Shown here: one piece after another, positions 1 through 13,659 of the stretch | Layout of the letters: every line of letters begins with the position of its first letter | How positions within the stretch are numbered: position 1 is the stretch's first letter | Assembly (NCBI GenBank): GCA_002104905.1 | Contig: MCFE01000427.1 | Span: 13,098 to 77,097, forward strand | DNA: 64,000 nucleotides | Source: Basidiobolus meristosporus CBS 931.73 | Taxonomy: Eukaryota; Fungi; Basidiobolomycota | Direction of reading: 5' to 3' | The notes under the pieces: model-generated | The model's database searches: none | Seen by the model: only the letters and a program-made list of their open reading frames with translations | What the model was told of the DNA's origin: nothing | Program-made: the position numbers and the translations under genes

Positions 1-2181
1 ATCCAGCAGTAGTGATGAGATTGATGAGAAAAGAACATTCAGGTGAGTAAACAATATCAAAATTGGTACATGATTGAGTAGAGGTGATTTGAGTTGATTT
101 GGTGCAATCAGCTTAATTTATCTGATTTCCATGCATTATGATTAAACCTCCATCAGTTGCCATGTATTCCATCATTATGTTGCAAAAATCATCCTCAAAC
201 AAAGACTTGGTGGCTTTATTGATGCTTTACTCACCAGCTTATAACCAAATAGAAAATCTGCAACTGATGTAGTGTTATCTGTGTCAATGCAATCCAAGAT
301 GCATCATGCATAATCTTTGGAAAATCAAGAATCCCATTAGTTTTTATGCATACTTCATATAAGACTAGGTTGATGCCAATATACTACTGTACAAGCATCC
401 AAATCTGTCACTATGGTCCCTATATCAAATCTCAACTCTTCTTAGGTATAAACCAGAAAAAACCCATCTCTCAGCTCACAAGTGCAGTCTTCACCAAAAA
501 AGTCAATGTTGGATCTGCTTGAGTTCTTGCCAAATATTTTTAGTATGGTGCAAGTGTCTATGATATGCCTTCATACAGATATATGGGCACTACTCATTAA
601 TCTAGCAGAGCTGGATACCTCAGAGAGTCAACAAAGACGGATGAATCTGAGTAGTAAGCTGTGGCATGAGTTCTAAATCAAGATTCCAGTGCATGTATGT
701 AAGACAATATATAACAAGAGAAGTATTGGAGAAAAGAATGAGCTGAGAGTGAGGGGATTTGATGAGGAAGCCATGTGTGAACAATTTCACATGTAATTTG
801 CACAGTATGGGCTTGATGTGTCCATTTGTGACTCAACTTTGGGAACCAAAGAGATTCTGAATGAGTTTTTGCCTGAGATGACTAATATATTATAATATAT
901 ATTTGTAGAGCCAAGTGGTCTCCAAGAGTAATACACACAGGACTCATTAAGGCAACAGTTTTAATGCATCAGTCAGAGTGCAAGTGAGTACCTTGATGAA
1001 TAAGAAGGTCAGCTTCAAGAGGAAGAATTCAGGCTACAAGCAACTGCATCTAGAATGGGCCATCATGCCTTGCTGGATCTCCCACCATCCCCTGCAGTGT
1101 TGGTGCACCAGTGCATGCCAGTCCAATCTCAGCTAAAGCCCCTCACAGGAGTGTCCTGCATTGAGTCAACACTCATCATATCAATGTGCATGCTTTAGAA
1201 GATACCTACTAGAACTAACCAAACTGCTCACTTAGACATAGGTTCATTGGAGCAGGCTAAGTTGCATCAAGATGTAACATCACATCAAACTCAGCCAAGG
1301 GCTATGCTAATGCATCAAGCTATACCTGCACATGCCAGTACACCTGAGCATTGCAGGTTTTACCCTGATCGGTGGTTGGTACTCTTCCTGCATGGCATGT
1401 TGCCATATAATAGCATCTGGACTCTGAATACCATGTTCCAGATTCTTAGGTTTCACACATAAGGCAAGATAAGCATCCTCAAGGCCATGGGGTGCCTGCC
1501 AGCAAGATCCTGGGGCATTTTTTTTTGGTCAATCTCATGACTGGATAATCTGTTCTGATCTGGAACTTGTAGAATTCTCTTGCATATCAGTTGGAATTAG
1601 ATACATATTTTCTTTATTTGGAAGTATTAAAGTCTCCTGAGCTCTCAGAACATTGCCTAGCTTGTTTGACATGTGAATATTCCTCTCAGACACTCAATTT
1701 GATTGAAGTTGAGATATTTTGTGCCAAAACAGATTAATTTCTCACTAATAGGCACATTTCCTAATCCCTAATGTGTTCTAGCCCCCTGTGTCATATTTCC
1801 CAGTTGGTCTCATCAGTTTTGGCAGTGATAACATACCTGTTAGATATAAGGAACCTATCAAGAAATAGTGATAAAGATTGAGATGTTGTTTATCAATAAA
1901 GAAGCTCAGTATTTATACCTTTGTGGAAGTAATACAGTTGTAACACTAAGTAAGGAGGGTTTCTTGATATTCAGGAGCATTCGGTAACAATTTCAGGGCT
2001 AGTACATAGTTTCTACTAATAGTGCCCATTTGATCCTGACTATAGGGAAATAATAATAAGATCATAGATCTGAAGAAAGTGGCCAAGTTAGCGCTGTAAG
2101 TTAGTCCCACAGTGACCAAAACTAGTCCAAAATTGTTAAGTAGGTTTTTAGCTGCTGAATATTACCAAATTGTCCTATATT

Positions 2182-3121
2182 TCAACACTCCCCCTCAACT
2201 AAATAATTTCTTAATCGTAATTCCTCCCTGAGATTCACAAATTGTGGCCTAGCTAGTGGTTTTGTCAATATATCTGCCACCATTCTGTTAGTTGGGAAGT
2301 ACACTAACTCTACTAAGCTGTTTTTTGCAGCTTTCCTCTCTGAGTGATGCTGTATATCAATGTGCTTAGTTCTGGCATGATTAGTATGATTTCTAGCTAA
2401 TAAAATACAGCTTTGATCTTCTTTGTAAATACCTTTTGGCTCATCTGAATAAAAACCTAAGTCTTTGAATAGTTTTTGTTGCCATATAGCCTCCTTAGTT
2501 GCTTGACATGCAGCCATATATTCAGCTTCAGTTGTAGATAGGGCCACAGTTGGTTGTTTCTTGCAGTCTTAAGTAATAGCTGCACCAGCATAAAGAAAAA
2601 CATATCCTGTGGTAGAGTGTCTGTCAATCAGATCCCTACCCCAATCTTAATCACTATAACCATCAAATTCTTGCCTATTAGCTTCTCAGGAGTATTCCAG
2701 TACCATACTTATGGTACCTTGTAGATATCTGAAAATCTGCTTAACTGCTGCAATTTGATCTGGTCCATATTTCTGCATGAATTGACTGACTATTCCAACT
2801 GCCAATGCAGTATCTGGACAAGCAGACACCATCAGGTCCATTAGGTTGCCAACCATTGATTGATAGGGAAAGTTTAGGTCCATATTTGAGCTGTTCTCAT
2901 CCATAACTGGATGGGATTTGCCTGATTTCAGGTGATTGTCCTTAGTGATAGCTGCAGGCTTGCCATTTTCCATTTTGGAGAGTCTAAGAATGTCCCTCAT
3001 GTACTTGGACTGATTCAGCACAACTTTCTGCGTAGGTCTGTCAAATTTGACTTCAATTCCAAGAAAATAGCTCAATTTTCCAAGATCTTTGATGTCAAAC
3101 TTGCTGAAGAGATCTGGTTGT
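2182..3121 (-). mobile_element. Degenerate Ty1/copia pol remnant (RT C-terminus and RNase H), with polypurine tract and start of 3' LTR
   Basis: Broken ORFs carry copia motifs DLGKLSYFLGIE, PYQSMVGNL, KQPTVALSTTEAEY, RTKHIDI, MVADILTKPL. Minus-strand PPT GAGGGGGAG (2188-2196) is followed by TGTTG. Truncated where the 1.08-kb tandem array starts. Confidence 0.9.
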
Positions 3122-3523
3122 GGCAATTTATATTTGGTATCAGTGAGATAATTTAATCAGGTGTAGTGAATGGCTGAACAAAATCTGGCCAATATCAAAT
3201 TCATTGTAGTGATTGTCATAGCCTAGTGGCAACTACCAAGCAGGGTACATGTCAGGTGCAGGGATCAATTCCTACCTGATGGCAAATGTGGGAAACTCTA
3301 AGTAGGGAGATTTCTCTTTTGTGAAAAATAGAATCCAATATTTGGCTGCATACCCACCAGTGACCCTACTTTTTAGCTGACCCTAAGCAGGGACTCTGCC
3401 CAATATATTCTTTCCATGCAGCAAAATTGGGAGACTTACATTGTGTTTATTCAAAAGATTCTTAATAGGCCAAAACTCATGTACTGTTCAAAATGGAAGA
3501 ACTTCTGCTTTGAAGACCAGAAG

Positions 3524-3904
3524 CTAGCAATAGTCACTATAGCAGTCATCATAATAGTCATCATCATAGCAGTCATCATAACTGTCATCATAGCAGTCAT
3601 CATCATAGTTATCATCACAGCAGTCATCATAGCAGTCATCATCACAGCAGTCATCATAGCAGTCATCATCACAACAGTCATCATAGTCATCATCACAGCA
3701 GCAATCTTCATCATCCCAGTCATCATAGCAGTCATCATCACAATCATCACAGCAGTCATCATCATATCCATAAGAGTTGTACCACCTCTTCTGGAGAGCA
3801 CTCCCTGTGGCAGCTACCTCACCCTGAGGTAAAGCTGAGCCATTCTTCAGAAGAAGCACACTGAGTATGACCACAAGGGAAGCTCTGCTTAGAAGGGATC
3901 TCAT
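3524..3904 (-). CDS. Small secreted acidic repeat protein (signal peptide, LQKR site, D/C/Y repeats), copy 1; possibly a CpG-decayed D/R-rich pseudogene
   Basis: 126-aa ATG ORF: hydrophobic N-terminus, LQKR, then DDDCY/DDCC repeats. TATA-like ATTTAAATAG about 140 nt upstream. ORF essentially lacks CpG. Confidence 0.65.
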   Translation of the reverse strand: MRSLLSRASLVVILSVLLLKNGSALPQGEVAATGSALQKRWYNSYGYDDDCCDDCDDDCYDDWDDEDCCCDDDYDDCCDDDCYDDCCDDDCYDDCCDDNYDDDCYDDSYDDCYDDDYYDDCYSDYC

Positions 3905-4606
3905 AGTGATGGGAGGTGCTCAGCAAGTGGCAGGAGAGAAAGGGTTGTGTATCAGGAAGAGCAGAGAGCCTGGCAGCTGTTGCTATGAGAGGGAGAAGAG
4001 AAGCCTGGGAAGATAAGTGGGAGTAGCCTGTGCCAACTCTATTTAAATGCTCTCTTGATAAGGCCAAGGGAAGGTCAGTGAAACAAGGTCAGTGTGATCA
4101 GTGACTGCAATGCAACTGATGGATATAATCCAAGTGAGCATCTGCATTTAGCACACACCCTGCTGCCATCACTATTACCCAGACAGTGTAGGTCAAGGAT
4201 TAGGCAATTTATATTTGGTATCAGTGAGATAATTTAATCAGGTGTAGTGAATGGCTGAACAAAATCTGGCCAATATCAAATTCATTGTAGTGATTGTCAT
4301 AGCCTAGTGGCAACTACCAAGCAGGGTACATGTCAGGTGCAGGGATCAATTCCTACCTGATGGCAAATGTGGGAAACTCTAAGTAGGGAGATTTCTCTTT
4401 TGTGAAAAATAGAATCCAATATTTGGCTGCATACCCACCAGTGACCCTACTTTTTAGCTGACCCTAAGCAGGGACTCTGCCCAATATATATTCTTTCCAT
4501 GCAGCAAAATTGGGAGACTTACATTGTGTTTATTCAAAAGATTCTTAATAGGCCAAAACTCATGTACTGTTCAAAATGGAAGAACTTCTGCTTTGAAGAC
4601 CAGAAG

Positions 4607-4987
4607 CTAGCAATAGTCACTATAGCAGTCATCATAATAGTCATCATCATAGCAGTCATCATAACTGTCATCATAGCAGTCATCATCATAGTTATCATCA
4701 CAGCAGTCATCATAGCAGTCATCATCACAGCAGTCATCATAGCAGTCATCATCACAACAGTCATCATAGTCATCATCACAGCAGCAATCTTCATCATCCC
4801 AGTCATCATAGCAGTCATCATCACAATCATCACAGCAGTCATCATCATATCCATAAGAGTTGTACCACCTCTTCTGGAGAGCACTCCCTGTGGCAGCTAC
4901 CTCACCCTGAGGTAAAGCTGAGCCATTCTTCAGAAGAAGCACACTGAGTATGACCACAAGGGAAGCTCTGCTTAGAAGGGATCTCAT
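4607..4987 (-). CDS. Small secreted acidic repeat protein, copy 2
   Basis: Translation identical to copy 1. Confidence 0.65.
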   Translation of the reverse strand: MRSLLSRASLVVILSVLLLKNGSALPQGEVAATGSALQKRWYNSYGYDDDCCDDCDDDCYDDWDDEDCCCDDDYDDCCDDDCYDDCCDDDCYDDCCDDNYDDDCYDDSYDDCYDDDYYDDCYSDYC

Positions 4988-5718
4988 AGTGATGGGAGGT
5001 GCTCAGCAAGTGGCAGGAGAGAAAGGGTTGTGTATCAGGAAGAGCAGAGAGCCTGGCAGCTGTTGCTATGAGAGGGAGAAGAGAAGCCTGGGAAGATAAG
5101 TGGGAGTAGCCTGTGCCAACTCTATTTAAATGCTCTCTTGATAAGGCCAAGGGAAGGTCAGTGAAACAAGGTCAGTGTGATCAGTGACTGCAATGCAACT
5201 GATGGATATAATCCAAGTGAGCATCTGCATTTAGCACACACCCTGCTGCCATCACTATTACCCAGACAGTGTAGGTCAAGGATTAGGCAATTTATATTTG
5301 GTATCAGTGAGATAATTTAATCAGGTGTAGTGAATGGCTGAACAAAATCTGGCCAATATCAAATTCATTGTAGTGATTGTCATAGCCTAGTGGCAACTAC
5401 CAAGCAGGGTACATGTCAGGTGCAGGGATCAATTCCTACCTGATGGCAAATGTGGGAAACTCTAAGTAGGGAGATTTCTCTTTTGTGAAAAATAGAATCC
5501 AATATTTGGCTGCATACCCACCAGACCCTACTAGCTGACCCTAGACTAGACCCTACTTTTTAGCTGACCCTAAGCAGGGACTTACTGACCCTACACTATA
5601 TATTCTTTCCATGCAGCAAAATTGGGAGACTTACATTGTGTTTATTCAAAAGATTCTTAATAGGCCAAAACTCATGTACTGTTCAAAATGGAAGAACTTC
5701 TGCTTTGAAGACCAGAAG

Positions 5719-6099
5719 CTAGCAATAGTCACTATAGCAGTCATCATAATAGTCATCATCATAGCAGTCATCATAACTGTCATCATAGCAGTCATCATCA
5801 TAGTTATCATCACAGCAGTCATCATAGCAGTCATCATCACAGCAGTCATCATAGCAGTCATCATCACAACAGTCATCATAGTCATCATCACAGCAGCAAT
5901 CTTCATCATCCCAGTCATCATAGCAGTCATCATCACAATCATCACAGCAGTCATCATCATATCCATAAGAGTTGTACCACCTCTTCTGGAGAGCACTCCC
6001 TGTGGCAGCTACCTCACCCTGAGGTAAAGCTGAGCCATTCTTCAGAAGAAGCACACTGAGTATGACTACAAGAGAAGCTCTGCTTAGAAGGGATCTCAT
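5719..6099 (-). CDS. Small secreted acidic repeat protein, copy 3
   Basis: Same 126 aa from ATG at 6099; upstream region differs from copies 1 and 2. Confidence 0.6.
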   Translation of the reverse strand: MRSLLSRASLVVILSVLLLKNGSALPQGEVAATGSALQKRWYNSYGYDDDCCDDCDDDCYDDWDDEDCCCDDDYDDCCDDDCYDDCCDDDCYDDCCDDNYDDDCYDDSYDDCYDDDYYDDCYSDYC

Positions 6100-9000
6100 A
6101 GTGGGAGCAGCTTGTCTCACCTCCTCTTGAATGCTCTCTTGAGAGAGGTACAGTAGGTTTATCAGCATGAGAAGCAGGAACTTCAGCTGGTTGAATGTGT
6201 CTTTGATTTTCTTGTAATACTGCAGTATTGGTCTTTTTCATACTGATAAGTTTTTATAAGGCTTTGCTCTGCATGTCACAACTTTTGCATCCTCACATGC
6301 TCTGGCATTCTCTATCTCTGTTGTTGAATGAGATTCAAGTGGTAGCTTACACAATTTTATATCTCATTGCACAGTTAAAGTAAAGTGTGCTGTATGCTGT
6401 TGTCAACATTTGGTCTTCTGGATCTCATAAAAAATCATTGCTCATGTATCCTAAACCATCCAGCTTTAGAAACTTACTAGTGTACTTCAAGCAGACATCA
6501 GCAGTTTCTCTTAATTTACATCATATATTCCTAATTATTGCCCTACAATTAGATCCAATGGTCCAACTATGAATGCTGACCACTCTGAATAAATTAGAAA
6601 TATTTGCACATGCTTATTGCATGAATGCATCCAACTGCCAATCACAGATTGGTCAGGGGGGTATGGACATTCTGGTGGGCCAAACGTTTCTTGGCTTGGG
6701 TGATCTATGACCAATTTGAGGCTTGCCTCCATTGGTGTAGCTGCTGGCATTCTGCAGTTCATTTGGTGCTTCTTAGCTTTATATGCTGGATATCCCTAGC
6801 TTGACTTAGGGAGGTAGTCTGGGCGCTTCTGTCTCAGATGAGCTGCATCCCTAGCTAGTAACTGTGCACTCCTAAGTTGAACATTTAAAACTCCTGATGA
6901 AGGCTGGAACTATTCTCCTCCAATACCTCTTTGATATTGGTAGCTATAATAAGATTATCCATATATGAAGCTAATAGTGCTGGATGTGCTCCATCTGGCT
7001 TATATTAAGCACTATTGTTAGTGGTACTTCTTTGGAAACTCTCAGATTCCAATCAATATGGCAATTACAGGCTCTTGGTAATAGTTTCAGTCTGAATGGA
7101 GTTTTTTTAAGTGTTCAGACTAAATGGGGCTTATTTTGGGCAATAAACCAGTCAGGTAGGTCAATATACAAGTCCTCATAAAGGTTCCCACTTATTATGG
7201 TGCTTTTACATCCATTTGCAGAATAAGAAGCCTGTGCTTTGTTGCAATAGTTAATTTTGGTCTGATTAATTTAGCTTGGCTGTCAGTGCAAAGGTCTCAG
7301 TGCAGTCCAGTCCTGTTAGTTCAAAGTATATATTAGCCATGAATCCCACCTTGTATATATCAGCTGTATCACAGGCCTCATGTTTGTCTTGGAGACTCAC
7401 TTACATCCAATTGATTTTGGTTGATTGGAAACTTACCTAAGTTCCTAGTTGATTTTCCATTAGGGGCTGGTATTCTTGCTTGTTAGAGATCTCCAGAAGC
7501 TGGTCCACATGGTCATTAGGGGTCTCCTTCACAGTCTGGAGCATGTTAATATGGACAGACTAGGGATAGATTTAATTTAGACCCTCATTGATACATGGAA
7601 TGTGCTATTTCTAAGCCTGTTGGATCTCTGGCCTTGTGATACTGCATTTCTTACTTCTAGGACATTTGGGGCTCCAATTCAGGCAGAATTGTGATAGTAG
7701 ATTCATCTGAAGTGAAAAAGCTCTTCATTTTTTGCTCCAACTCACACCTATCAACTGTTGTACCAGAGATTGTATTATGGCCATTAACTGATCTTTTGTG
7801 TGAGAATCTTGAATATTCATAAGCCACACATCCATGTGTCTGATCAGCTTCCTTGCTTTGGTACTGTGGAGTCTGTAGGTGTTACTCTCATTGCAGTAAC
7901 CCCAAGATTGATAACTGACCACTTTTGGCTAGATCCTGACTGATTTTGGGAAAGTACTTGGCATATGCTGTGCAACCAAACATTTGTAGATGCTTCAACA
8001 CCTAATTTATATCCTATGCCACTCCTCAAATGGAGTAGAATCACCAACACCTCTTCAATAACTTCTATTTTTAAGATATATATCTGTAGCAAGTAAAGCC
8101 ACTCAATAGCAAAGGATAACTTTAATTCTTTTTCTTATTGAAGCCCAGCTCTGATTGGCATGCTTTCCAATTGCTAAAGCTACAAAAGAGGTTGTTGTTG
8201 CCTCTGAGGGACTTTGAGTACCTTTCTTGGTGCTCTCATGGCTTATTAAAGCTCCTGCTTTTGCCTTTTTATCAGCACTTGATTCTCTGAATTCCAAATC
8301 TTTAGTTACATTGCCTATGACATATACAAGGCCCTGATGTGTGTGTCAGGCTATTCAGGGGCTAATCATTGCATATCCCTCAGTAGCTTTCTATGCCCAC
8401 CAACTTAATCTCATCAACAAACGAGGAAGATTAATTAATTAGTATTTTCATTACTTCTTGTGGCAGCTGTAGTTCTGAAAAGGGAATTCTTGCCTAAGAA
8501 ACATGTCTCTTAGCAGCTAAACGTGATTGAGCAGTGTCTGTAAATGCCTTCTAGGCATTCCTTGCCACTTTTGCTCTTCAGTATTGAATTAGCAATCTGT
8601 CTTTGACACTGAAGCAAATGCTGGTAAAGGCAATTTGTTCTTTTGGCTGATAGTCTGAAGCTTCTTCTCCAACAACTTTAAGAGGGCATTTGCATTCTAT
8701 AATAATATCTCAAAAGCCATTTTCCTATTGCAGCATCTACTTCTTCAACATCTGTACTTTGTGGCTAGATCCATCCAACTTTTTGGCAGAGGGAGAAATC
8801 CCAGTATTAGCAGTATTGGACATTCCTTAGAGTATCAACTTGGGACTTGAAGCCTATTGTAATGGTTGTGGAGATATTGGAAGTGAATGGGAGAACATGT
8901 AGATTATATGATTATCACTCAGTGATTTATTGAATGTAAAGGTAGTATTTACACTTTAGTATGATATTGGCACCACAAGCAAGTATAATAGGCTTACAAA

Positions 9001-9576
9001 GGCCCTAAGAGCATGTGTGCAGGTCTTGGTACTTATTATACAACTCTGAGAAATATGATGTTTGCAGTACCCAATGTTTGGTGAAATATTCCAAGTGATC
9101 TCCACATGGAATTTAGTCAGAACTCTCTAATATTTGTAGATAAGAACCCAAGTGACAACACTAGGTGAATGTCCAGGTGTAACTACAATATTTACAACAA
9201 CACACCCAATACCATTTGCTGGAGACAAATTAGCTTATCTCAGATCACAATTATTACTTGTTTGTACAAGTATTAAATTGAGTGAGAGTGTGGTAAATTT
9301 TGCAATTACACCCCAGTACCCCTCCAGCAAAGTTGTTTATATCATGGTTACAAATTTTAGAGAACTCAGACCAAATTCCTTGTTAGAATCAACTTGGAGT
9401 ATTTACCAAACATCAGGTACCCCAAAAATGAAATTTTGCAAAGTTGTCCAATCTGCCCCAAACTTGACACACATGCTCTTTGGATCTTTCTGAGCTGATT
9501 GTGCATACTATATTTGCCAAGACTGTGTAGAGCTCTATATACCACTTTTACATTCAATATATCATCAAGTGAAAAC

Positions 9577-9908
9577 TGTTGTAAAAATTTGTATTTCCAC
9601 CTAAATATTCACCTAACTTAGTCACTTAGATCATCACCTTCAAATCCTAGAGAATACTGACCAAATTCCTTGTCGGGAATTACTTAGAATATTTGCCCAG
9701 AACATGAAAATTAGATAAGTTGTCCAAACAGCCCCAAACTTTGCACACATGTTCTTGGGACCTTCCTTAACCTATTCTACGTGTTTGTAATGCTAAGACC
9801 AGGTAAAAGTATAAATTCTACTTTTACATTCAATAAATCATTAAGTGAAAACCACATAATCTACTTGTTCTCCCAATCACTTCCAATATCTCCAAGACTC
9901 TTACAACA
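9577..9908 (+). mobile_element. Solo LTR (332 bp) of the copia family at 36.6-41.3 kb, nested in an older related LTR
   Basis: TGTTG...CAACA ends, 5-bp TSD AAAAC on both sides, near-identical to 36637-36968. Flanks are a diverged copy of the same LTR. Confidence 0.9.
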
Positions 9909-11867
9909 AAAACCACACAATCTACTTATTCTCCTAATCACTTCCAATATTTCCAAGACTCCTACAAAACATCATAGCCTAGTGACAATTACCAAACAGG
10001 GTATACCAGGCACAGAGACTGGCTCCTATCTGATTGCAAGAATAGGAAACTCCAAGCAGTGAGATGTTGTTTGTAGAAAAAAGTATCCTATATTTTGCTG
10101 CATATGCACCTATGTCCTGAGTCTTTGGCTGATCCTAGGCAGAGAATTTACACCCAACATCACTACTGTGGCTTACTTGGATAGCTTCTGTTAACTTGTG
10201 TTAAGTGCTCTGTTGTCTCCCATGCAAATCTTCATTTGTATCCTTAGATAATGGGTATAAAGTTCGTTTAAGTGTGGCAAATGTTGAGATGCTCCAGAAT
10301 CAATAAGCCACATCTGAAAATCTTTGTTTGCTGCTGCACTTATCACAGATATGAGTAGTTAGTACTCAGTGGCTGTGGTGTTTTCAAGTTTATATATTTT
10401 GGGTTCATATCTCTTGTTGAGGAGCACCAGTCCTATGAGTATCCTTTCCTTTTTCAGTATTTACAACATACAGTGTTTCTTTCTTTATAGGGTTGTGCAC
10501 ATGACTTTGGATGGCCAATATTGCTTAATAAAGCAACTTATACTTCCTTTAGATTGGGATTTGATTTGCTTAGTTTAGTGCACAAGTGTCTGTACACATA
10601 AATAATCCAAAGTCAAGTCCTCAGTTCTGGACTCTAGGGTGGACACAAGATCCTGAGATCAGTCTGTTAGGGTACTTAGGATGGTAACTATAACATGTTC
10701 ATCAGTGGTTAGCACTTCAATTGTTTATATCACATCTACTAACTGGACAATTCAGATAATTATGTTTTTCATCTCTTTTCCCAGAGTTTGCATATTTTTA
10801 TTGAGTCCCAAATGCTGATTGGATGTACTGGTAAATATTGTGAAAATGAGATGTCCGGTCTGCCAAACGATCATATAAAACATCATCAGATTTTTTGGTG
10901 GCCTATATTAATGAATATCAGAGGGCATTGAAAACGATTTGGAGACCTGGTACATATGCATGAAAATCTGTTGCTGCTCTACTGTGTCCCGACAGAGTAG
11001 ATGTACTTTCTGGATAGCCTCAGGGAACCGATCTCCATATTGTATTTAGAAAGGTTCCAGCAGATGACACACCGTTTTTGGGGCGACATGGGGGAAAATC
11101 TTGAAGTTTGGACAACTTCGAAGATATCATAAGTACAGTGAACTAGCTAGTATGTTACAAACCGGATCTCGAGGCAACCGATGATTTCGAGGCGTGAGGT
11201 GGTTGACACATTTGATGATCAACCTAAGTGATCTAGGCAACTTACTGATACTAGGCAGGCGGGTTTTTCTGGTGCCACTTCCTAGGTGGCAAAGCCGAAT
11301 CAACTCTGGGATGTCCATGGAAACATAGGCAGAGCACCTCATCCCAACAGAACACTTGATGCCATGGATCGTTTGATACAAGGGAACTGCCGCTATCGCG
11401 ACGCTCATCACCCAAATCAAGATAATGCATGCATGGTTTCATTCAAAGCAAGGCGGGAAGTTCAAGTGGCATGCAACGATTCCGGAATGCGCGGATTGGT
11501 CGGTCATGGCATGACTCATTTGGAGGGAAATCGCATCAGTGCCGTGGATGTTGATGGCTTACTTGAAGCAGGCACATGGGCGTTCCTAAGCCACCTGTGT
11601 TTCGTTGGGTCAGCGTGTTTCATCAGTACAAAGAATAGGAATGGGAATGGAATGGCAATGGAGAAGGAATCGGGACAATTAATCCATGGTAAAGTGCAGG
11701 ATGAGGGGTCACAAAAAAGGCTAGTTCTTGTTTGGGCCGCCATCTAAGACCAATGGTCCATGGTCATGGTAACCGCAACCACAGGCGGGTTATATAGGTG
11801 CTCACGGCGGACGGGATTGGTTGTACTGATATCTCGCTGGAGAGGACACTTCCCGCCGCCTTCTGCG

Positions 11868-12874
11868 ATGAACTTTGGTGAACACCCAGCGGAGTCCCTT
11901 GAGGGGGACCCTTCGTTGTCGACCAACCCCGGACATTTCTTTGACCTCCGCGCGGAGAGCCTGGTGGACATGCCGTTTCACTGGAAGCAGTACTTCGAGG
12001 AGCTACAGAATGCGATGCTGTCCCAGATAACGCTGAACTTTCGAAGCTTGCACGAACGTCTCGATGGAGTAGAGGAGAAGCTGGAGTACGTGCTGCGGAC
12101 GAGCGCCGGGAATTACTGGAACGCCAAGGTGTCCGGGATCGAGGCGACCCTGGACAGCCTGACCAACACCACTCCGAAGCCCCCTCACCTTTCACGAAAC
12201 GACCACTTACCGGTTGAGGGCACCCCGGGTAGGCAGCATATACCCGACAGCTCGACCACCCCTCGCCCCAACCCGAACAGTATAAGCAACGCACTTTCCC
12301 CAACCACCCCAGGTACCGAGAGGTTTCTGTTCCAGGTAAGAAGCCCGAGTGTTGGCCAGTACAACTAACTAGACCTTTGACGGCAGTGTCCCAGCTACCC
12401 TCGGAAGAAAGTGCCAAGGTGAAGGTGCTGCTGAGGCAGTTCGCAGCCGGTGCCATGAACTACATCGACAAGAACGCCACCACCTTTCTCAATGTGAACA
12501 ACCACGCGGGAGGTAAGGCTCTGTGCGCAGTGTAGCCCGTCAGCAGGTCGACGAGGTTCTAACCCCCCCCCCCCTTTGCGTTCTGCGACACGCCAGCCAT
12601 CTCCACGATGAAACGATTCGGGCTCTACGAGTCCCCGGCGTGGGACAATTTCACTCAGCTCCACTTCCCCCACGTGCTGAAACGGGACCTGACGGACGAA
12701 TTGGTGAAGATAATCACGGTCAAGGTGAAGAACACCAAGGCCAGATACAAAAAAGTAAGGGATCGCGGTTTGGTTTGTCTCGCCCACGGTCCCACTAACC
12801 CCCGACCTCCTCCTCGCATTTAGAAACACTCCACCTCGCAGTCGACCGAACCCAACTCTGGCCTCGATGGCTGA
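11868..12874 (+). CDS. Hypothetical 4-exon protein (putative coiled coil, low-complexity linker, helical C-terminal domain)
   Basis: TATA-like TTATATAG near 11790, CpG-rich coding-like sequence. Introns with CTAAC branch sites end at about 12372, 12598 and 12823; last exon KHSTSQSTEPNSGLDG-stop. First donor uncertain (GTTTCT near 12322 keeps the frame). Confidence 0.55.
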
Positions 12875-13244
12875 GCCTCCGCCTCGGGCAGGAGATCGAT
12901 TTTTGTCCAGGATTTTGATATATCTCATTCACCACTTGTATTTTCCCTCGGCCATCTTTGCAGTCAGGCCAAACATATGTAAATGTCCCCGAATGTTGAT
13001 GAGTTGCCACTACCACGGAAGGTACATACTGTAATCAATGTAAAGCTCGTCCACAACCCCTCCTCCCTCCTCCCTCCCTCCCCCCGACCACTTTTCCTTC
13101 ACCAACACCTTGCCCAGATAAATGTTCGCCGAACCGGAAATGCGAGGGAAGTGCACCTCGCTGACCCGAGAAAACCGATGACTGCTCTAAGGAGAAATGT
13201 TTATTTGCTGTTTGATGCCAGTTTGGTAAAGATGAGGGGTGAGT

Positions 13245-13659
13245 TTAGAGGGAGCCTTGCATGTTCTGGGACTCGCGTTGGACGCGAGTGATGTAGGCAC
13301 GGGAGACGGTGTTCCAGGCCTCCATGTAGCGGTCCATGCACTTGGAGATGCAACCTTGCTCACCGCTGTCGAGACGGGAGCCGGGCTTGGGCACGCACTT
13401 GGCGAAGCATTTGTCGTTCATTTTCTGAAGGGAGAGAGAGTGAAGTGAGTTTGGGGGTTCCGAAGGTAAGGGCTCAACAGCGGGGACCCGATGAACCGAG
13501 TCCCCACACTCTCCTCGGCCCATTTGAAGAAAGACCACTTACGTTGATGAGCTCCTGGGCGTTGGCAAGGGCCAACTCGCTTCTGACTTGGTCCATGACC
13601 TGTTGCTTCTTTCCAGCACCGCTGGAGGGGATGGAGAAATCACTGGCGTATTCACTCAT
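13245..13659 (-). CDS. TIM13: Mitochondrial small Tim chaperone Tim13 (2 exons: 13659-13543, 13424-13245; 98 aa)
   Basis: [26 protein letters not shown]...[20 protein letters not shown] with twin CX3C motif. GTAAGT...CAG intron. Confidence 0.93.

Larger units (their letters stand above)
3122..6145. repeat. Near-identical direct tandem triplication, unit about 1081-1083 bp
   Basis: Unit start GGCAATTTATATTTGGTATC at 3122, 4203 and 5286. Copy 3 has about 29 extra bp of GACCCTA micro-repeats near 5520-5600 and diverges after about 6100. Confidence 0.95.

Noticed and set aside
1-2000. Short ORFs in 1-2 kb and 6.2-9.2 kb as genes or a specific transposon family
   Set aside because: CpG-depleted, stop-riddled sequence with no motif I can assign; probably old repeat debris.
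3416-6027. Plus-strand hydrophobic IAVIII ORFs and minus-strand Met-rich ORFs in the triplication
   Set aside because: Alternative-frame shadows of the GAT/GAC/TGC repeat; only the D-rich frame has a signal peptide, KR site and TATA.
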